Source: Magnetospirillum sp. | GTDB taxonomy: Bacteria > Pseudomonadota > Alphaproteobacteria > Rhodospirillales > Magnetospirillaceae | DNA length: 36,284 nucleotides | Assembly: GCA_035491155.1 (NCBI GenBank) | Contig: DATJKV010000165.1 | Location: 1-36,284, forward strand | Direction of reading: 5' to 3' | Shown here: in pieces, positions 34,618-36,284 of the stretch | How the letters are laid out: each line of letters opens with the position of its first letter | How positions within the stretch are numbered: position 1 is the stretch's first letter | Program-made: the position numbers and the translations under genes | Notes under the pieces: generated by a model | Database searches by the model: none | Seen by the model: only the letters and a program-made list of their open reading frames with translations | Told to the model about the DNA's origin: nothing

Positions 34618-36284
34618 ATGGGGGTGGGGGCCAAACTCGTCAAGCTGAAGGCTGATCCGGTGCTGCGGCGCTGGCTGTGGCTGCGGCTGCTGGGCCGGGC
34701 GGTCAGTCCGGCGCCGTTCACCCCCCATCGCCCACCCTATTTCCGCCCGCCCGCCGCCGAGCCGGCCCGCGCCCCCGACCTGCCGGCGCTGGAGGCGGGT
34801 ATGCCGCAAGGGTCACTGACCCTGCCGGTGCCGGGCGGCGGCGTGACCGTCGAGGCCGGCCGCCTCGACCTGTTTTCACGCCCCTATGCCGACGGTGAGG
34901 CTCTGTCGGCGCTGCACCGTTTCGCCTGGTTGCCGCTGATGCCCGATGTGGACGGCGCCTGGGTGGCGGCCCTGTGGCAGGCTTGGTGCGAGGGCTACGG
35001 CCACCCCCAAGACGGCCCCGCCTGGGAGGCCTACACGGCGGCCGAGCGCGTCATCAACATTCTGGATTTCGCCTGCCGGCGCGGCCTGCCCGGCGAGCGT
35101 GACGCGACCATTGCCGCGTTAGCAGCCCATGGCCCCGCCATGATCGAGCGGCTGGAGTATTACGGCGAGCAGGGCACCTGCAATCATCTGGCCAACAACG
35201 GGCGCGGTCTCTATCGGCTCGGCCTCGAGTTGGGCTTGGCCGACACCGCACGCCTGGGCCTGGACATCCTGGTAGAGGAAGCCCAGCGCCTGTTCCTGCC
35301 ATCGGGCGTGTTGCGCGAGGCCTCGACCCACTACCATCTTCTGTATCTTCGCAACTACGTCGATTGCTGGCTGGCGGCGCGCCGCCACGGCCGGTCCGAG
35401 GTGGGATGGCTGGCCGCGCTGGCGCAGCGTTTCTGGACCGTGCTGCCCCATTTCGCCCTGCCCGGCGGCATGCCGCTGATGGGCGATATCTCGCCCGATT
35501 CACCGCCTGCCTTTCTGGCCGGCCTGTTTCCCGGCGCCGCCATGGAGCAGGGTTGGACTGGTCTGCTTTCCTCCGACGAACGGGCTGCTCTGGGGCATAT
35601 GCGCGACGGCATCCAGCCCGCAGATGCCGGACTCTTGGCCGTCGATGGCTGGCTGCGTGGGGATTTCGGCCGCTGGTCGGCGCTGTGGCATGGCGAGCCA
35701 GCCGGCTGGCGCCTGCCCACCGGCCACGGCCACGAGGATCTGGGCGCCGCCGAGATCCATCTCGATGGCATTCCGCTGTTCGTTGATTCCGGCCGCGGCG
35801 CCTATGGCGAGAGCGGCGAGGCGGCGCTGTACCTCGCGGCCGCCGTGCACGGCACCCTCCAGGTGGACGGTCACGATCCTTTCCCCGCCAACAAGCCCTA
35901 TTATGACGAGCCCTTCCGCGGCGCCATGGCCGGCGCCCCGCCCGTGCTGGCGCGCACCGCCGACGGGCTGGAATTGGCACATGGCGGGTTCATGCGGCTT
36001 TCCGGCGTGGGCATGGTGCGGCGCCGCCATGCTTTCGACCAAACGTCGTTGCTGATCGAGGACACGGTCGAGGGCAAGGGTCGCCGCCGCCTAACCCGTC
36101 GGCTGGTCACCCCTCATGCCGTCCGGGCCGAGGGCAGCGCCGTCCTTATCGAGGCGCCGAATTTCGCGGTGCGGGTCTCGGCCGAGGTGCCGCTCGCCTG
36201 CCGGCCTATGAAGCGGTGGTTGGCGTATGGCGAGGCGGCGCCTGCATTCGCCATCGAAGCGAATTGTACCGTGGCGCTGCCCTG
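34618..36284 (+). CDS. Heparinase II/III-family protein, 3'-truncated by window edge (absent from supplied ORF track)
   Basis: Manual translation from ATG 34618 (GAGG upstream) is open to the end: LHRFAW, WEAYTAAER, NHLANN, REASTHYH, GHGHEDLG, VDSGRGAY and VHGTLQVDG. Confidence 0.85.
   Translation, partial: MGVGAKLVKLKADPVLRRWLWLRLLGRAVSPAPFTPHRPPYFRPPAAEPARAPDLPALEAGMPQGSLTLPVPGGGVTVEAGRLDLFSRPYADGEALSALHRFAWLPLMPDVDGAWVAALWQAWCEGYGHPQDGPAWEAYTAAERVINILDFACRRGLPGERDATIAALAAHGPAMIERLEYYGEQGTCNHLANNGRGLYRLGLELGLADTARLGLDILVEEAQRLFLPSGVLREASTHYHLLYLRNYVDCWLAARRHGRSEVGWLAALAQRFWTVLPHFALPGGMPLMGDISPDSPPAFLAGLFPGAAMEQGWTGLLSSDERAALGHMRDGIQPADAGLLAVDGWLRGDFGRWSALWHGEPAGWRLPTGHGHEDLGAAEIHLDGIPLFVDSGRGAYGESGEAALYLAAAVHGTLQVDGHDPFPANKPYYDEPFRGAMAGAPPVLARTADGLELAHGGFMRLSGVGMVRRRHAFDQTSLLIEDTVEGKGRRRLTRRLVTPHAVRAEGSAVLIEAPNFAVRVSAEVPLACRPMKRWLAYGEAAPAFAIEANCTVALP

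Noticed and set aside
34618-34632. G-runs at the heparinase-like start as a phase-variation tract
   Set aside because: The runs are only 5 G long and interrupted, which is expected by chance at this GC content.
1-36284. tRNA/rRNA, IS elements, integrases, CRISPR arrays
   Set aside because: None recognised. Intergenic gaps are short, and no periodic repeats or transposase motifs were seen by eye.

Overview
This GC-rich window is almost fully coding and lies inside one large surface-glycan (LPS O-antigen, capsule or protein-glycan) biosynthesis locus. The host is plausibly an alphaproteobacterium, but that is inferred from composition and gene style only. I support 31 CDSs, two of them truncated by the window edges. 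(i) A nonulosonic-acid pathway mixes legionaminate-type genes (LegB, CBS-nucleotidyltransferase) with pseudaminate/Sps-type genes (PseG-like hydrolase, SpsF-type cytidylyltransferase fused to a NeuB synthase, formyltransferase, DegT aminotransferases). (ii) An acetamidino/amidation module has HisH plus a single HisF2-WbuX fusion protein. (iii) There are three radical SAM/SPASM-twitch enzymes, two of them clear paralogues. (iv) There are two MBOAT + SGNH-like acylation pairs. (v) A PglK-like ABC flippase and a GT-C-like membrane protein are present, the latter with a coupled 46-aa membrane peptide. (vi) Three uncharacterised GT-B-like proteins occur and no canonical GT2/GT4 is recognisable. (vii) A cassette of HpcH aldolase, KdsB-like CMP-transferase, Gfo/Idh/MocA, SDR, AroB-like sugar-phosphate cyclase and D-2-hydroxyacid dehydrogenase may build an unusual CMP-activated or carbocyclic sugar. 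A heparinase II/III-like gene runs off the right edge. No RNA genes, transposases or CRISPR arrays were seen. All family calls come from motif recognition by eye, without database searches.
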